Part shown: piece after piece, positions 31,256-41,373 of the stretch
How positions within the stretch are numbered: the first letter of the stretch is position 1
Layout: each line of letters opens with the position of its first letter
NCBI GenBank assembly: GCA_050179755.1
Contig: JBFXEV010000001.1
Location: 1,321,994 to 1,385,993, forward strand
Source of the DNA: Candidatus Babeliales bacterium
Lineage (GTDB): Bacteria > Babelota > Babeliae > Babelales > JBFXEV01
Direction: 5' to 3'
Length of the DNA stretch: 64,000 bases
The notes under the pieces: generated by a model
Seen by the model: only the letters and a program-made list of their open reading frames with translations
Database searches by the model: none
Told to the model about the DNA's origin: nothing
Program-made: the position numbers and the translations under genes

Positions 31256-32149
31256 TTATGTTATTCCGTATAATTTCTTTAAAGCTTCTTCAGGTGACGT
31301 GCAAATGCCTGCAGATACGTTTTGATACCACTCTGAATTTTTGCAATGCGTTACCACAAAATGTGCAAATAACTGAACTATCAAATCTTTTGCACATGGT
31401 GCAACTTCAGTATGGCTACATAACAAGCCACCCGCGCTACATTTAATTGCATACTCGGTTCCCTGCATAAATAGAGGTAGCGTATTTACTTTTTTATGCA
31501 AATGAGCCTGCGCATGGCGCCAAGTTTCTGCATTTACTTCATTAATACAATAAATAAGAATATTTTTTAGCAAGTCAGGCTTGCTATCTGCAGAGAATAT
31601 ACGCACATTTTTAGTCATATAATTATATGCTGCCATACAGTAAATTGAAGGAAGTGCGGGTGGCGCAGCAGATAATTGATCATTATAAGAAGGAGTATCC
31701 AATAACTGAAGCCCTTCCCAATCTAAATACCCTCGGTTCCAAAAATCATCGTCAAAAGCAAATTCAGTTTGAGACGCCACTGCTTGAGGCACTGGTTGTG
31801 GTAAGCCTCCCGCTGTAATTCTAAAACAATCAGGTGGCATCGGAGCATCACTCGCTGCAAGAATCGCATCCACTTTATTTTTTTTCTGAGTTGGTTGCTG
31901 AGCCTCTGGTTCTTCAACAGCTGACTTAAGTTGAGCAAAATATTTTTCTCCGTCAATAATGCCTGCTTCTTGCAGCGCCTGGCATCTCGGCTTTTCGCTG
32001 CCCGTAAGATCAAGAATAGGCAAATGTGCTGTATACCGTGCACTAAAAGAGCGATGATCGACTGGCTCTGGTTTGCGAAATGAGTCCATGCATAATACGG
32101 TGCTCATCAAGCCAATAAGAAAAATGAAACTCAAGAATCGCTTTTGCAT
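31256..32149 (-). CDS. Secreted protein with one C2H2-like Zn finger (array gene 1); start may be 32158
   Basis: Signal peptide ending VLC-MD; CSAGGLLC-x18-H-x4-H. Confidence 0.75.
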   Translation of the reverse strand: MQKRFLSFIFLIGLMSTVLCMDSFRKPEPVDHRSFSARYTAHLPILDLTGSEKPRCQALQEAGIIDGEKYFAQLKSAVEEPEAQQPTQKKNKVDAILAASDAPMPPDCFRITAGGLPQPVPQAVASQTEFAFDDDFWNRGYLDWEGLQLLDTPSYNDQLSAAPPALPSIYCMAAYNYMTKNVRIFSADSKPDLLKNILIYCINEVNAETWRHAQAHLHKKVNTLPLFMQGTEYAIKCSAGGLLCSHTEVAPCAKDLIVQLFAHFVVTHCKNSEWYQNVSAGICTSPEEALKKLYGIT

Positions 32150-32223
32150 CAACTCCACTCCCTACCATAGTGCATAAAGCATACACAAAAGAAATGGGGA
32201 ATGGCAACTGGTAGTTAGAAAAA

Positions 32224-32718
32224 CTATTGAGCAACTGCCACCTTTGCAGGTCGCAATACTTCATTACCAATATAATACCCTTTTTGTAATACTTCTATAA
32301 TGTCACCAGAAGTATGCTTATCTGAGGGCACATGTGCTACTGCTTCATGAAATAAAGGATCAAAATGCTTAATATCTGTCATTTCCTTTACGTTATGTGA
32401 TTGCAATAGTGATGATAATTGTTTATGCAGCACTTGCAGTGCTTGTTGAGGATCTGCTTTTGCTGAAGTTGCGCGGTCGACGTCATCAAGTAATGAGAGT
32501 ACGTCTTGAAGCACTTTGCCGGTAATTAATTGTTGCCATTGAATGCGTTCTTTGGCGGTTCGTTTTTTAAAATTGTCATAATCTGCTGCAAGGCGTAGGC
32601 ATTTATCTTTCCATTCATCACGCTCTTGAGTGACTTTTTGAAGCTCGGTTTGTTCTTCTTGTAATTCGCTTGCTGCTTGCTCTTCTAGTTCTTGATTTAA
32701 TTTAGTTTCGTCTGACAT
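32224..32718 (-). CDS. grpE: Nucleotide exchange factor GrpE
   Basis: LRLAADYDNFKKR, FDPLFHEAV, LQKGY..VLRPAKVAV. Confidence 0.95.
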   Translation of the reverse strand: MSDETKLNQELEEQAASELQEEQTELQKVTQERDEWKDKCLRLAADYDNFKKRTAKERIQWQQLITGKVLQDVLSLLDDVDRATSAKADPQQALQVLHKQLSSLLQSHNVKEMTDIKHFDPLFHEAVAHVPSDKHTSGDIIEVLQKGYYIGNEVLRPAKVAVAQ

Positions 32719-32830
32719 AAAGATCCTTAAAATTTGTGAGTATTGCTTAAAATACGGTATTTTTAGTATAGCAGAGGTTTGGCATGCTACAAAATTAAGT
32801 GTCCTAAAAAATATATTTTTCAATTAAGTT

Positions 32831-33327
32831 TATGTAGAAATTCCACTGATTTTATATCTTAAAAATCCCTGGTGCCCTTACGCAGGGCGGCGCATGCCTT
32901 TTTTTGTGCAAAAAAAGGACGCAAAAAAGCACCAGCGTGCCGCTGGACCATTCCGCGTGAGCGCTGAGCGCTATACTTCACGCGTTTCACGACCAGTATG
33001 CACACAGCGCGCATAGGAACCACATTTAAAAATTATAAAATAGCTCCTTGACCGTTTAGCCCGGACTTTTAGCACTTTTTTGCGTTCCGAAAAAGTGCGC
33101 AGGAGGAGGATCTAAACGCCGGATTTTTAAGGACGGCCGTCCTTAATATGCCCTTTTGGTCAAACTGTTTTGGGGCAAGCAAAATAGTTTGTTCTCGCCG
33201 ACGCAAGCCCGACGTAGCTTGCCGAGCCCTGAAGGCCCGGATAAGCGAAGGCGGGACAGGCGCTCGTGATATAAGATAAGAATATGAGTGAGCGGCTTTG
33301 AAATAAAAACAATACAATTTCTACATA
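32831..33327. mobile_element. Structured non-coding element, copy 1, bounded by 12-bp inverted repeat TATGTAGAAATT/AATTTCTACATA
   Basis: Left ~190 nt is highly similar to 38311-38495 and 59576-59760; multiple hairpins; no ORF. Confidence 0.7.
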
Positions 33328-33418
33328 TGCTAGTCATAATTTTAAACCTACGCTTTCTATCTTTTTTTACTAAAATCCGCTATAACTAAGAAGGTTAATT
33401 TGAAAGAAAAGGAACTCG

Positions 33419-34684
33419 TTGAAGTACCGTTTATATAGAAAAATAGTATATATCATCATCTTATTCTGCATGCCACGCACCCACTTTGCATGGGACAACG
33501 CACATTTTTATCGCTCTCCCTATTTCTGGGGTGAACCACGCTATGAACGTAGTAAGCTTTCAACGTGGCAAGCATATTTTGGTTGGTCATTTGCAAAAAA
33601 CGGTAGAAACAGCGATGGCAAAAAAACGAATATTCTTAATATTTACGGCCCCTATAATATGCATAATGTGGGCAGCAATGTAAGCACCCTTGATCCGCAA
33701 AATCCCCTTGACCGTATAGTCATAGACCTGAATAATGTTACCAATGTTTCGCCAACATTTGGCGTATTTAGTTTTGAAGGGAAATTTCATTCATTTGAAA
33801 TATTATTAGAAGCGTATCAAAACATAGTCAGTGGTTTCTTTTTGCACCTCATGCTGCCCATACGAAAACTAAAAATAAACAGTATTCGCTCAAAAGATTT
33901 AACCCCGCGTCGTGAAGAAAATATACCAGTATGGCAAGAATTTAAGCGAAACTTTTCTGCAATTCTTGAACGGCAAAATATAAGTATTGCGCCTTTTAAT
34001 AAAATGGGCCTTGGCGATTTTACCTTTACTGCAGGCTGGGCACGAAATTATGAAAATACTGAAACGTTAGATTTTATAGACATTGATGCGCGGGTTGGTG
34101 TACTTTTCCCCACCGGCGCTCCAAAAAATGAAAATCGAGTATTCAGTTTACCGCTTGGCTATAATAAACATTGGGGTGTACCACTCACGTTTAATGCATC
34201 GCTTGGTATATGGGATTGGTTAACTGCAGGGTTCCATATAAGTGCTTTATTTTTGGTTGATAAAAATATTGATATTCGTATTAAAACCGATACGGTGCAA
34301 AGCGGCCTTATTCGCTTTGCGCTTGAAAATGCTAAAGTTGATCCTGGATCATTGTTAAATCTGCAGCTTTATGCAAAAGCAGATCATGTGACCAATGGTA
34401 TTTCTGCATATCTTGTCTATCACTTTAATTATCGCGAACCAACATCAATCGCTCTTAGAAATGGTTCAACAATTGATAGTGGTGCTGTACGCAGCGATCT
34501 TTCTTACCATAGCTGGCGCATGCATAGTATGCAATTTGGCCTAGAATACGATCATGCAGCGCAATTATCTGATATTGGTCCACGTCTTGGCATATTCTAT
34601 AATCATGTGTTTAAAGGAAAACGCATTTTTGATGCTGATCTTAAATACTCGTATATCGGATTTGATGCTGCATGGTGTTACTGA
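33419..34684 (+). CDS. Putative outer-membrane beta-barrel protein, distant relative of the 7-14 kb array
   Basis: Signal peptide; GLGDF, VLFPTG, LPLGYNKH parallel to GVAD, APTG, PIVGNGRH; aromatic C-terminal GFDAAWCY. Confidence 0.6.
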   Translation: MKYRLYRKIVYIIILFCMPRTHFAWDNAHFYRSPYFWGEPRYERSKLSTWQAYFGWSFAKNGRNSDGKKTNILNIYGPYNMHNVGSNVSTLDPQNPLDRIVIDLNNVTNVSPTFGVFSFEGKFHSFEILLEAYQNIVSGFFLHLMLPIRKLKINSIRSKDLTPRREENIPVWQEFKRNFSAILERQNISIAPFNKMGLGDFTFTAGWARNYENTETLDFIDIDARVGVLFPTGAPKNENRVFSLPLGYNKHWGVPLTFNASLGIWDWLTAGFHISALFLVDKNIDIRIKTDTVQSGLIRFALENAKVDPGSLLNLQLYAKADHVTNGISAYLVYHFNYREPTSIALRNGSTIDSGAVRSDLSYHSWRMHSMQFGLEYDHAAQLSDIGPRLGIFYNHVFKGKRIFDADLKYSYIGFDAAWCY

Positions 34685-34685
34685 T

Positions 34686-34704
34686 AAGAGCGTATAACGC
34701 TCTT
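34686..34704. terminator. Hairpin between convergent genes
   Basis: AAGAGCGT-ATA-ACGCTCTT. Confidence 0.5.
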
Positions 34705-34707
34705 CTT

Positions 34708-35160
34708 CTATAAGAGGTCTATTACTTGGCTCGTGGCTGTGCGCAGATGCTGCATAAAAGCGCCAAAACTGGCATCGTTATATTGAATATGATCATACTC
34801 AGCACCAATAAGCTGCCACATATTCATAATATATTCACGCATATCATCTTTAATCAAACTTGCATGGGATCCATTATGTAATAAGCCATAGGTCTGCTGA
34901 TCACGCGCAAGCTCTGCACAGGCGTTATATAAATCTAGCCATACGTGCCGTGCCATATCAGCTTCAAACTGCTGCGATTCTAAATCTGTAGAAAGTGACC
35001 ATGCTGAGCGTAATGCATTGAGCGCACGAGAAAGAGATGTTCTGGGGTATAAATTATCAAATGAGAAAGAGATTATGTTTGCTTGCTCTGATGCACAGAA
35101 TACATTCTGAGCATGTATCAAAACTACTACAAATAAGACGTGCTTTATAGAAACTATCAC
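34708..35160 (-). CDS. Secreted hypothetical protein
   Basis: GGGAG RBS, GTG start, hydrophobic N-terminus. Confidence 0.65.
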   Translation of the reverse strand: MIVSIKHVLFVVVLIHAQNVFCASEQANIISFSFDNLYPRTSLSRALNALRSAWSLSTDLESQQFEADMARHVWLDLYNACAELARDQQTYGLLHNGSHASLIKDDMREYIMNMWQLIGAEYDHIQYNDASFGAFMQHLRTATSQVIDLL

Positions 35161-35295
35161 GGCAATCTCCCTTTATTCCCTATTTTAACGATACAGGTTT
35201 TATATTCAGATTGTCAATGATTCAGGTTTTGTTCCAGCAAAAAGCCCCAATCACTGCATAAAGCATTAATTGGGGCACAATATCTTTAATGTAAG

Positions 35296-35829
35296 CTAGA
35301 ATGGAAGATCATCTTGGAACGGCGGCTCATCTTGAAAACTCAATTCACCTGCTGATGGCGCTTGATCATAATTATCAACATTTATCTTAGGAGCAACTTT
35401 TCGTGCTCGAGGCGCTGCAGCCTCTGGCGCCACAGCAACTTTACGTGCAGCAGGAGCTGGGCGAGATTCTTCTTGCGCATCTTCAGATGCTTCACCTTGC
35501 GATGATAAAAACACCACGCGATCTGCTACAATACTATGTTTGCTGCGCGTTTGGCCTTCTGCTGTTTCCCACGTATCAAATTTTAAACGACCTTCAATAA
35601 GTACAGAGCGCCCTTTTTGCAAGTACTGGCGGCAACTTTCTGCTTGTGGTCCAAATACGTCAATATCAATAAAACATACTTCTTGCACCATTGCGCCTGA
35701 TTGTTTATTGCGATATTGACGGTTTGTTGCCAAACCCAAACGAGCAACTGCTTGCCCTGAAGGCAACTGCTTATACTCAGGATCACGAGTTAAATTACCA
35801 ATCATTACTATTCTATTATATCCAGCCAC
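35296..35829 (-). CDS. ssb: Single-stranded DNA-binding protein
   Basis: NRIVMIGNLTRDPE, KGRSVLIEGRL, C-terminal DDLPF. Confidence 0.97.
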   Translation of the reverse strand: MAGYNRIVMIGNLTRDPEYKQLPSGQAVARLGLATNRQYRNKQSGAMVQEVCFIDIDVFGPQAESCRQYLQKGRSVLIEGRLKFDTWETAEGQTRSKHSIVADRVVFLSSQGEASEDAQEESRPAPAARKVAVAPEAAAPRARKVAPKINVDNYDQAPSAGELSFQDEPPFQDDLPF

Positions 35830-35858
35830 AACGAGCCCTTTCTCTATAAAATTTTTTA

Positions 35859-36230
35859 TTAATATTGTTGTTTAATAACTTCTGTATGATGCGCCAGCCG
35901 CTTGCCCATTGCTGCCAAATCACATTCAATAACTTTTAATGCATCAATTGTTTTATCAAGAGCAAGACGATCTGCATTTGTTAATTTTGACGTTGCTTGC
36001 TGCTCCATAAGCGCTGCCATCATCTGCATAAGTTCTTTTTGCAGTTTGCCCATACCCTCAACAAGTGTTGTTGAATACAATAAGCTATCACCTAGAAGTT
36101 CACCAACCTCTTCTTTAAGCCGCGCTACCGAAACCTTTTTTGGTCGCTTTTCTTTAATAAATTCATTACCTAACATGGTGCCCGCTACCAAACAAATAGA
36201 CAGCACGCTCCAACGCATATAATTGTTCAT
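35859..36230 (-). CDS. Small exported helical hypothetical protein
   Basis: ATGA overlap with pgsA stop, AGGAG RBS, signal-like N-terminus. Confidence 0.7.
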   Translation of the reverse strand: MNNYMRWSVLSICLVAGTMLGNEFIKEKRPKKVSVARLKEEVGELLGDSLLYSTTLVEGMGKLQKELMQMMAALMEQQATSKLTNADRLALDKTIDALKVIECDLAAMGKRLAHHTEVIKQQY

Positions 36231-36829
36231 GTTGCTCCTTTCAAAAATTTAAAACCAATCGTGCCATAATGTATAAAAGTCGCAAGAACTAGCATAAATA
36301 ATATACTCAGCATCAGAGAATATGTTTTTACTGGCATCCAATGGAAAAAGTAACAAGTAAATAACCAAAGAATAAAGCACATTTGCACTACAGTGGTCAA
36401 TTTGCCAAGAATGGTAGGCCGAATTTCTAAATTACCTTTAAACTTGTATATAGCAATCGCGCCAAAAACTTGTAATAATTCTTTTGCTAATACAAACCAA
36501 CAAAACCAACGCGGAATGCTAAATAATGGCGTATGCACAAATGCTAACGTAAAAAACACAGAAAGTATAAGTACTTTATCGGCAATCGGATCAAGACATG
36601 CACCAAAGAATGTTCGTTGGTTCCAACGGCGTGCCAAGAAACCATCTAACAAATCGGTAATAGATGCCACCAAAAATAAACCAAATGCTGCACCCCATAA
36701 TTGAAAAGCCATAGCAACAACTATAAAAGGTGTAAGCACTAATCTGAGTATCGTTAATGCAGTAGGGAATGTTATGCGGAATCGCTCTCGCGAGAGCTTG
36801 CGGAGTAATTGAGAAACTGTTTTAGGCAT
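36227..36829 (-). CDS. pgsA: CDP-alcohol phosphatidyltransferase (PgsA-like)
   Basis: PTALTILR, TDLLDGFLARR..FGACLDPIADK. Confidence 0.85.
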   Translation of the reverse strand: MPKTVSQLLRKLSRERFRITFPTALTILRLVLTPFIVVAMAFQLWGAAFGLFLVASITDLLDGFLARRWNQRTFFGACLDPIADKVLILSVFFTLAFVHTPLFSIPRWFCWFVLAKELLQVFGAIAIYKFKGNLEIRPTILGKLTTVVQMCFILWLFTCYFFHWMPVKTYSLMLSILFMLVLATFIHYGTIGFKFLKGAT

Positions 36830-36963
36830 AGTTCACTATCAATGTAATGGGTCATTCACAATAGAGAATACTATATACGGGGAAATTGATTATTGCAAGA
36901 ATAGTACAAAAATATTTTTATAGGTACAACTCATATAACCCGCACACAAAATTTTTTAAAATT

Positions 36964-38025
36964 TTATGTGATTATTCCACCACCCAAACATTGATCACCA
37001 TTATAGAGCACCGCAAATTGCCCTGCGGCAATTCCTTGATCACGTTCTTTGAGTGTAATGAGTGCTGCATTGTCATTATGCACAGAAATTACACATGCAT
37101 GGCGATTTGCGCCATGGCGAAGTTTTATTTCTAGATTATCAAAAGAATTTGGTTTTCCAGAAAGCCAGTTAATATCAACAATCTCAAAATTATTGCGCTC
37201 TTTTTCTTCTGAATAGTATTTAGCCGATATATAGACAATATTCTTTTGGGTATCTTTTGCCACCACATACCAAGGACCATGGGATAAACCTATGCCTTGG
37301 CGTTGGCCAATAGTATAATACCAAAAGCCGTTATGCTTGCCCCATACTTTGCCCGTTTCATATTCCACCAAATCACCAGGAACATCACCCATGTGATGGC
37401 GCACAAAGTCAGCAAATTTAATTTTGCCCAAAAAGCAAATACCTTGGCTATCCTTGCGATCTTTATTGGGCAACTCATACTTTTGGGCAAGTTCACGCAC
37501 TTGAGACTTATTTAAATTACCCAAAGGAAACGTAAGCAGTTTTAATTGTTCTTGCGATAGTCCTGATAAAAAGTAGGTTTGGTCTTTTATATCGTCCGGC
37601 GCTGCATGGAGAGTCACCCTACCATCTTTTTCTTCCACGCGGGCATAATGACCGGTAGCAATTTTATCAAACTTAATGGGATGATTTGCAATAGCTTCAA
37701 AAAAAGCTCCGAACTTTACTCGTTTATTGCACATAATATCAGGGTTTGGCGTTCTGCCGGCTTTAATTTCGGCAATAGTGTAGCTTACCACGCGAGACCA
37801 ATAAGCATCTTGCAAAGATACCACTTCAAGCGGCACCCCTGCTTGCTCACAAACTGCGCGCACAAAGGCCAGATCTTCTTGCCAAGGGCAGTGCCCTAGG
37901 TACGAAAGCTCGTCTTCTAGCCAGATTTTAAGATAAAAGGCAGTGACATTATGCCCCGAATCCTTGAGAAGCCTCAAGGCAACTGAGCTATCTACGCCCC
38001 CAGAAACCAGTACTGCAATATTCAT
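36964..38025 (-). CDS. mnmA: tRNA 2-thiouridylase
   Basis: SGGVDSSVA, TPNPDIMCN, ATGHYA, KDQTYFL, DSQGICF. Confidence 0.97.
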   Translation of the reverse strand: MNIAVLVSGGVDSSVALRLLKDSGHNVTAFYLKIWLEDELSYLGHCPWQEDLAFVRAVCEQAGVPLEVVSLQDAYWSRVVSYTIAEIKAGRTPNPDIMCNKRVKFGAFFEAIANHPIKFDKIATGHYARVEEKDGRVTLHAAPDDIKDQTYFLSGLSQEQLKLLTFPLGNLNKSQVRELAQKYELPNKDRKDSQGICFLGKIKFADFVRHHMGDVPGDLVEYETGKVWGKHNGFWYYTIGQRQGIGLSHGPWYVVAKDTQKNIVYISAKYYSEEKERNNFEIVDINWLSGKPNSFDNLEIKLRHGANRHACVISVHNDNAALITLKERDQGIAAGQFAVLYNGDQCLGGGIIT

Positions 38026-38310
38026 GTTCTATCCCTAACTCACTTACTATTAACCCCGAGTGAATCGCGTAGCGATTAATATCGAGGGGCTCATTATTCA
38101 TATTTTATAATAGCAAATTATTAATTTATTGCCAAAAGTGCATATATAAAGGCTCCATTTTCTTATTGCAACAAATAAAAAATTTACCTATACTAGATAT
38201 GTCTCGTTAAGCCTTGGGTTCATTCTTCATACGATTCGCAACAAAACAAGGCTTTCGAGCATTCCTATCATCTCTGAATGATTTCAATTCCCTACCATTA
38301 TTAAGCTTAT

Positions 38311-38745
38311 GTAGAAGTGCCACTGACTTTCTGCCTTCATTATCCCTGGTGCCACTGCGCGTGGCGGCGCATGCCTTTTTCATGCGAAAAAGGACGCAAA
38401 AAGCACCAACGTGCCGCTGGACCATTCCGCTCGATCGCTGAGCGCTATACTTCACGTCGTTTCACGACGAAGTATGCACGCAGCGCGTAGGAACCATTCA
38501 TAATTTTGTTGTGAGCCAGTTGATATCCATCCACCCACACAACAATACACATAGAAGAATAACAATATGCGACGGCTAGAATTAACCCTGTGGATATTAT
38601 AAGCTGGATGATAAGGTATGGGGATCATTAAGGGATAGCATGCCCTTAATTGGTTTTTGCACCCTTTTTGCCACCAAAAAGGCGTGCGCCGCCACGCGGA
38701 GTGGCACCAGTGGTGAAGCATGTAAATTTTCTGTGGAACTTCTAC
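38311..38745. mobile_element. Structured non-coding element, copy 2, with two inverted arms
   Basis: GTAGAAGTGCCACTGA...TCTGTGGAACTTCTAC; right arm 38655-38745 is an inverted copy of the first ~95 nt. Confidence 0.75.
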
Positions 38746-38871
38746 TTTATTTATAATTATCACAAAATAAGAATATGAGTATGTTACTGCGATGTAAACT
38801 ACTCTTTTCCATATCTTTTGTTACACTTTACCTATACATATGTAAAACTTTAAGCCTAGAAAATTATTCTC

Positions 38872-40518
38872 ATGCAGATAAACCAATTACAAGAAGCCCT
38901 TTTAGCCTTTATTACCGAAGCTTTTTCTGTAACTCCCGAGCAAGGGGCTGGCATTGACTTTACTCTTAACACCGACGAATCAAAACAAGTCTTTGGTGAT
39001 ATAAGTTGCAACGCTGCCATGATCCTTGCAAAACCTCTTGGCAAATCACCGCGCGATATTGCGCAACACATTGCCGCCAATTTCAAGAATGAAAACATTG
39101 CAAAACTCGAAATTGCTGGGCCTGGTTTTTTAAATGTGTTTCTTACCAAAAAAGCATTTGCGTCTATCGCACAAGAACTATTCATCAAAAAAGAAGAATG
39201 CTTTAAACCGATACATTTCACAAAACACCATTATAATTTAGAATTTGTCAGCGCAAACCCTACAGGCCCTTTGCATTTAGGCCACGGGCGAGGCGGCATT
39301 ATTGGTGACGTGCTCGGCAACATTTTGCGCTTTGTAGGTCATTCAGTAACCAAAGAATATTATATTAATGATGCAGGCAATCAAATGGAGCGCTTAGGCC
39401 AATCATTTAAAATTCGTTGCTTACAAGTAATGGGTGAGCAAATGGATATTCCAGAAGACGGCTACCGCGGTGACTATCTTATTGATTTAGCACAAGAATG
39501 TTACACCAAATACGGCACGGCATTGCGCACTGAGCCAGATACCTTTTTTTCTCGATACGCAGAAAAACACATGCTCGAACAGATTAAGCAAACACTTGCT
39601 GCTTACGGCATTTCCTTTGACGTATGGTTTTCTGAACGATCACTCCATGAAGATGGCGCTATAACAAAAGCTATGCAAGTACTGACTGATAACGGTTTTA
39701 CCTATGAACAAGATGGTGCCGTATGGTTCACTTCCCAACAGTTTGGTGATGATAAAGACCGCGTACTCAAAAAATCAGATGGTTCTCTTACCTATGTGGC
39801 AGCAGACATTGCCTACATGCAAAATAAACTTTCTCGTGGTGCTGATAAACTTATTTTAGTTCTTGGCCAAGATCACCACAGCTATGTAGTGCGCTTAAAA
39901 GGCATTTTGCAAGCACTTGGCTATAATGCAAATGATCTTGATGTAATTCTCTATCAACTGGTTACCATCAAGCAAGATGGCGAGCAACTCAGGATGTCCA
40001 AGCGTGCAGGAACTGGCGTAACGCTCCAAGATATTATTGATACGGTTGGTTCAGACGTTGCGCGATTTTTTTATTTAAATCGTAAAGCAGATGCGCATTT
40101 GGATTTTGATCTTGGGCTTGCGCTCAAAAAAACAGAAGAAAACCCCGTTTACTATATTCAATACGCTTATGTGAGAACAAATAGTATTTTGGATAAATCA
40201 CAAGAAGTTGTGGCATTGCGTAACATTACTGCCGATGATGCACACTATCTTGATGATTCAGAACAATTGCTTCTTAAAAAGATACTTTCATTGCAATCGC
40301 TACTTGCTGCAATTGCTGCAAATAATCAAACACATTTGCTCACGTATTATGTGCATGAACTTGCGCAATTATTCCACAAGTATTATGCAAAGAATAAAGT
40401 GATTGATGCTGAAAACATCCCCGCAAGCCGCGGCAGATTGCTGATGGTAAAGCTCGTGCATGATACTATGCATACGTGTTTGACTTTACTTGGCCTCAAT
40501 TTGCCTGAACGGATGTAA
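38872..40518 (+). CDS. argS: Arginine--tRNA ligase
   Basis: EFVSANPTGPLHLGHGR, EYYINDAGNQ, MSKRAG, NPVYYIQYAY, LPERM. Confidence 0.98.
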   Translation: MQINQLQEALLAFITEAFSVTPEQGAGIDFTLNTDESKQVFGDISCNAAMILAKPLGKSPRDIAQHIAANFKNENIAKLEIAGPGFLNVFLTKKAFASIAQELFIKKEECFKPIHFTKHHYNLEFVSANPTGPLHLGHGRGGIIGDVLGNILRFVGHSVTKEYYINDAGNQMERLGQSFKIRCLQVMGEQMDIPEDGYRGDYLIDLAQECYTKYGTALRTEPDTFFSRYAEKHMLEQIKQTLAAYGISFDVWFSERSLHEDGAITKAMQVLTDNGFTYEQDGAVWFTSQQFGDDKDRVLKKSDGSLTYVAADIAYMQNKLSRGADKLILVLGQDHHSYVVRLKGILQALGYNANDLDVILYQLVTIKQDGEQLRMSKRAGTGVTLQDIIDTVGSDVARFFYLNRKADAHLDFDLGLALKKTEENPVYYIQYAYVRTNSILDKSQEVVALRNITADDAHYLDDSEQLLLKKILSLQSLLAAIAANNQTHLLTYYVHELAQLFHKYYAKNKVIDAENIPASRGRLLMVKLVHDTMHTCLTLLGLNLPERM

Positions 40519-40698
40519 CTCTAAATTGCCTGCCTGTTCTACGCCCTTCAACGCATTGCGTTTGCTCAGGGCTTAAACCTGTCTTGAGAAAGGCTGCATC
40601 TTGAGCGAGCTTTACAAGACGAAAGGTCAGGATGAACGAGCAACGACATGTAGTAGTGAAAGAATGTACAAGCAACAACACTTGCACCAAATAAACAT

Positions 40699-41352
40699 TT
40701 ACTCACTCGAAGAAAAAGAATATTCTTCAGATGACCCTGAAACAATATCATCTGCCATAATGAACTCTGGATCAGGTAGCTTTACGCACCAGGCAGTAAC
40801 TGCAGATCTTACAGGAAGCAGTGCACATAATTCGCGTGCCGAATGAAAATCATCTTCAGCATTATGCGCATTCAGCACACGCGCAGCCGCTTCTCGTTTT
40901 TTATTATAAAAAGCACTCAAAAATGCCCCTAGTGAGCGGCCTGAAATTTCATGATCAGAACCAAGAGCTTGAAACCACTTAATATAACTTTGTGTAGTGG
41001 CTTCCAATTCTTGTTCAACATCTTCTTCTCTTTGTGGAGAATACGAGTGATACATATGAGAAACAAGATCTAGCAGCTCAATATATTCATCCAGATAGCC
41101 AGCAAGCTTTTGCCGGTCAATATCAATAATCAGTTTATTCCGATCATAGTCAATGCACAAATCAATCTGCGCAGCGTGGTCTCTTGCATCAGACTGCACG
41201 GTAATATGCTCATTATATACATATCTGCCAGCTGTCAAAATTAACCTTAACTTATTCCCAAGCCGTTCATGGTGCTGCTCCATACCGCATACAATACCCG
41301 GAAGCAGTATGAAGATCGCCATTAATATTCTTTTCATATCGTCCTTATGCAC
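40699..41352 (-). CDS. Secreted hypothetical protein (paralog of next gene)
   Basis: Signal peptide ending VCG-ME; LTAGRYVY..H...SDA; AVTAW..LP. Confidence 0.75.
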   Translation of the reverse strand: MHKDDMKRILMAIFILLPGIVCGMEQHHERLGNKLRLILTAGRYVYNEHITVQSDARDHAAQIDLCIDYDRNKLIIDIDRQKLAGYLDEYIELLDLVSHMYHSYSPQREEDVEQELEATTQSYIKWFQALGSDHEISGRSLGAFLSAFYNKKREAAARVLNAHNAEDDFHSARELCALLPVRSAVTAWCVKLPDPEFIMADDIVSGSSEEYSFSSSE

Positions 41353-41373
41353 TCATTTTATCAGATAATGATA

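Noticed and set aside
32831..33327. AATTTCTAC resembles the start of the Cas12a repeat, suggesting a CRISPR
   Set aside because: Only a 9-nt match, no repeat hairpin, no regularly spaced direct repeats and no cas genes in the window.
38207..38763. Short ORFs over the structured element (also 33069-33337)
   Set aside because: Reading frames are not conserved between copies, whereas base-pairing is.
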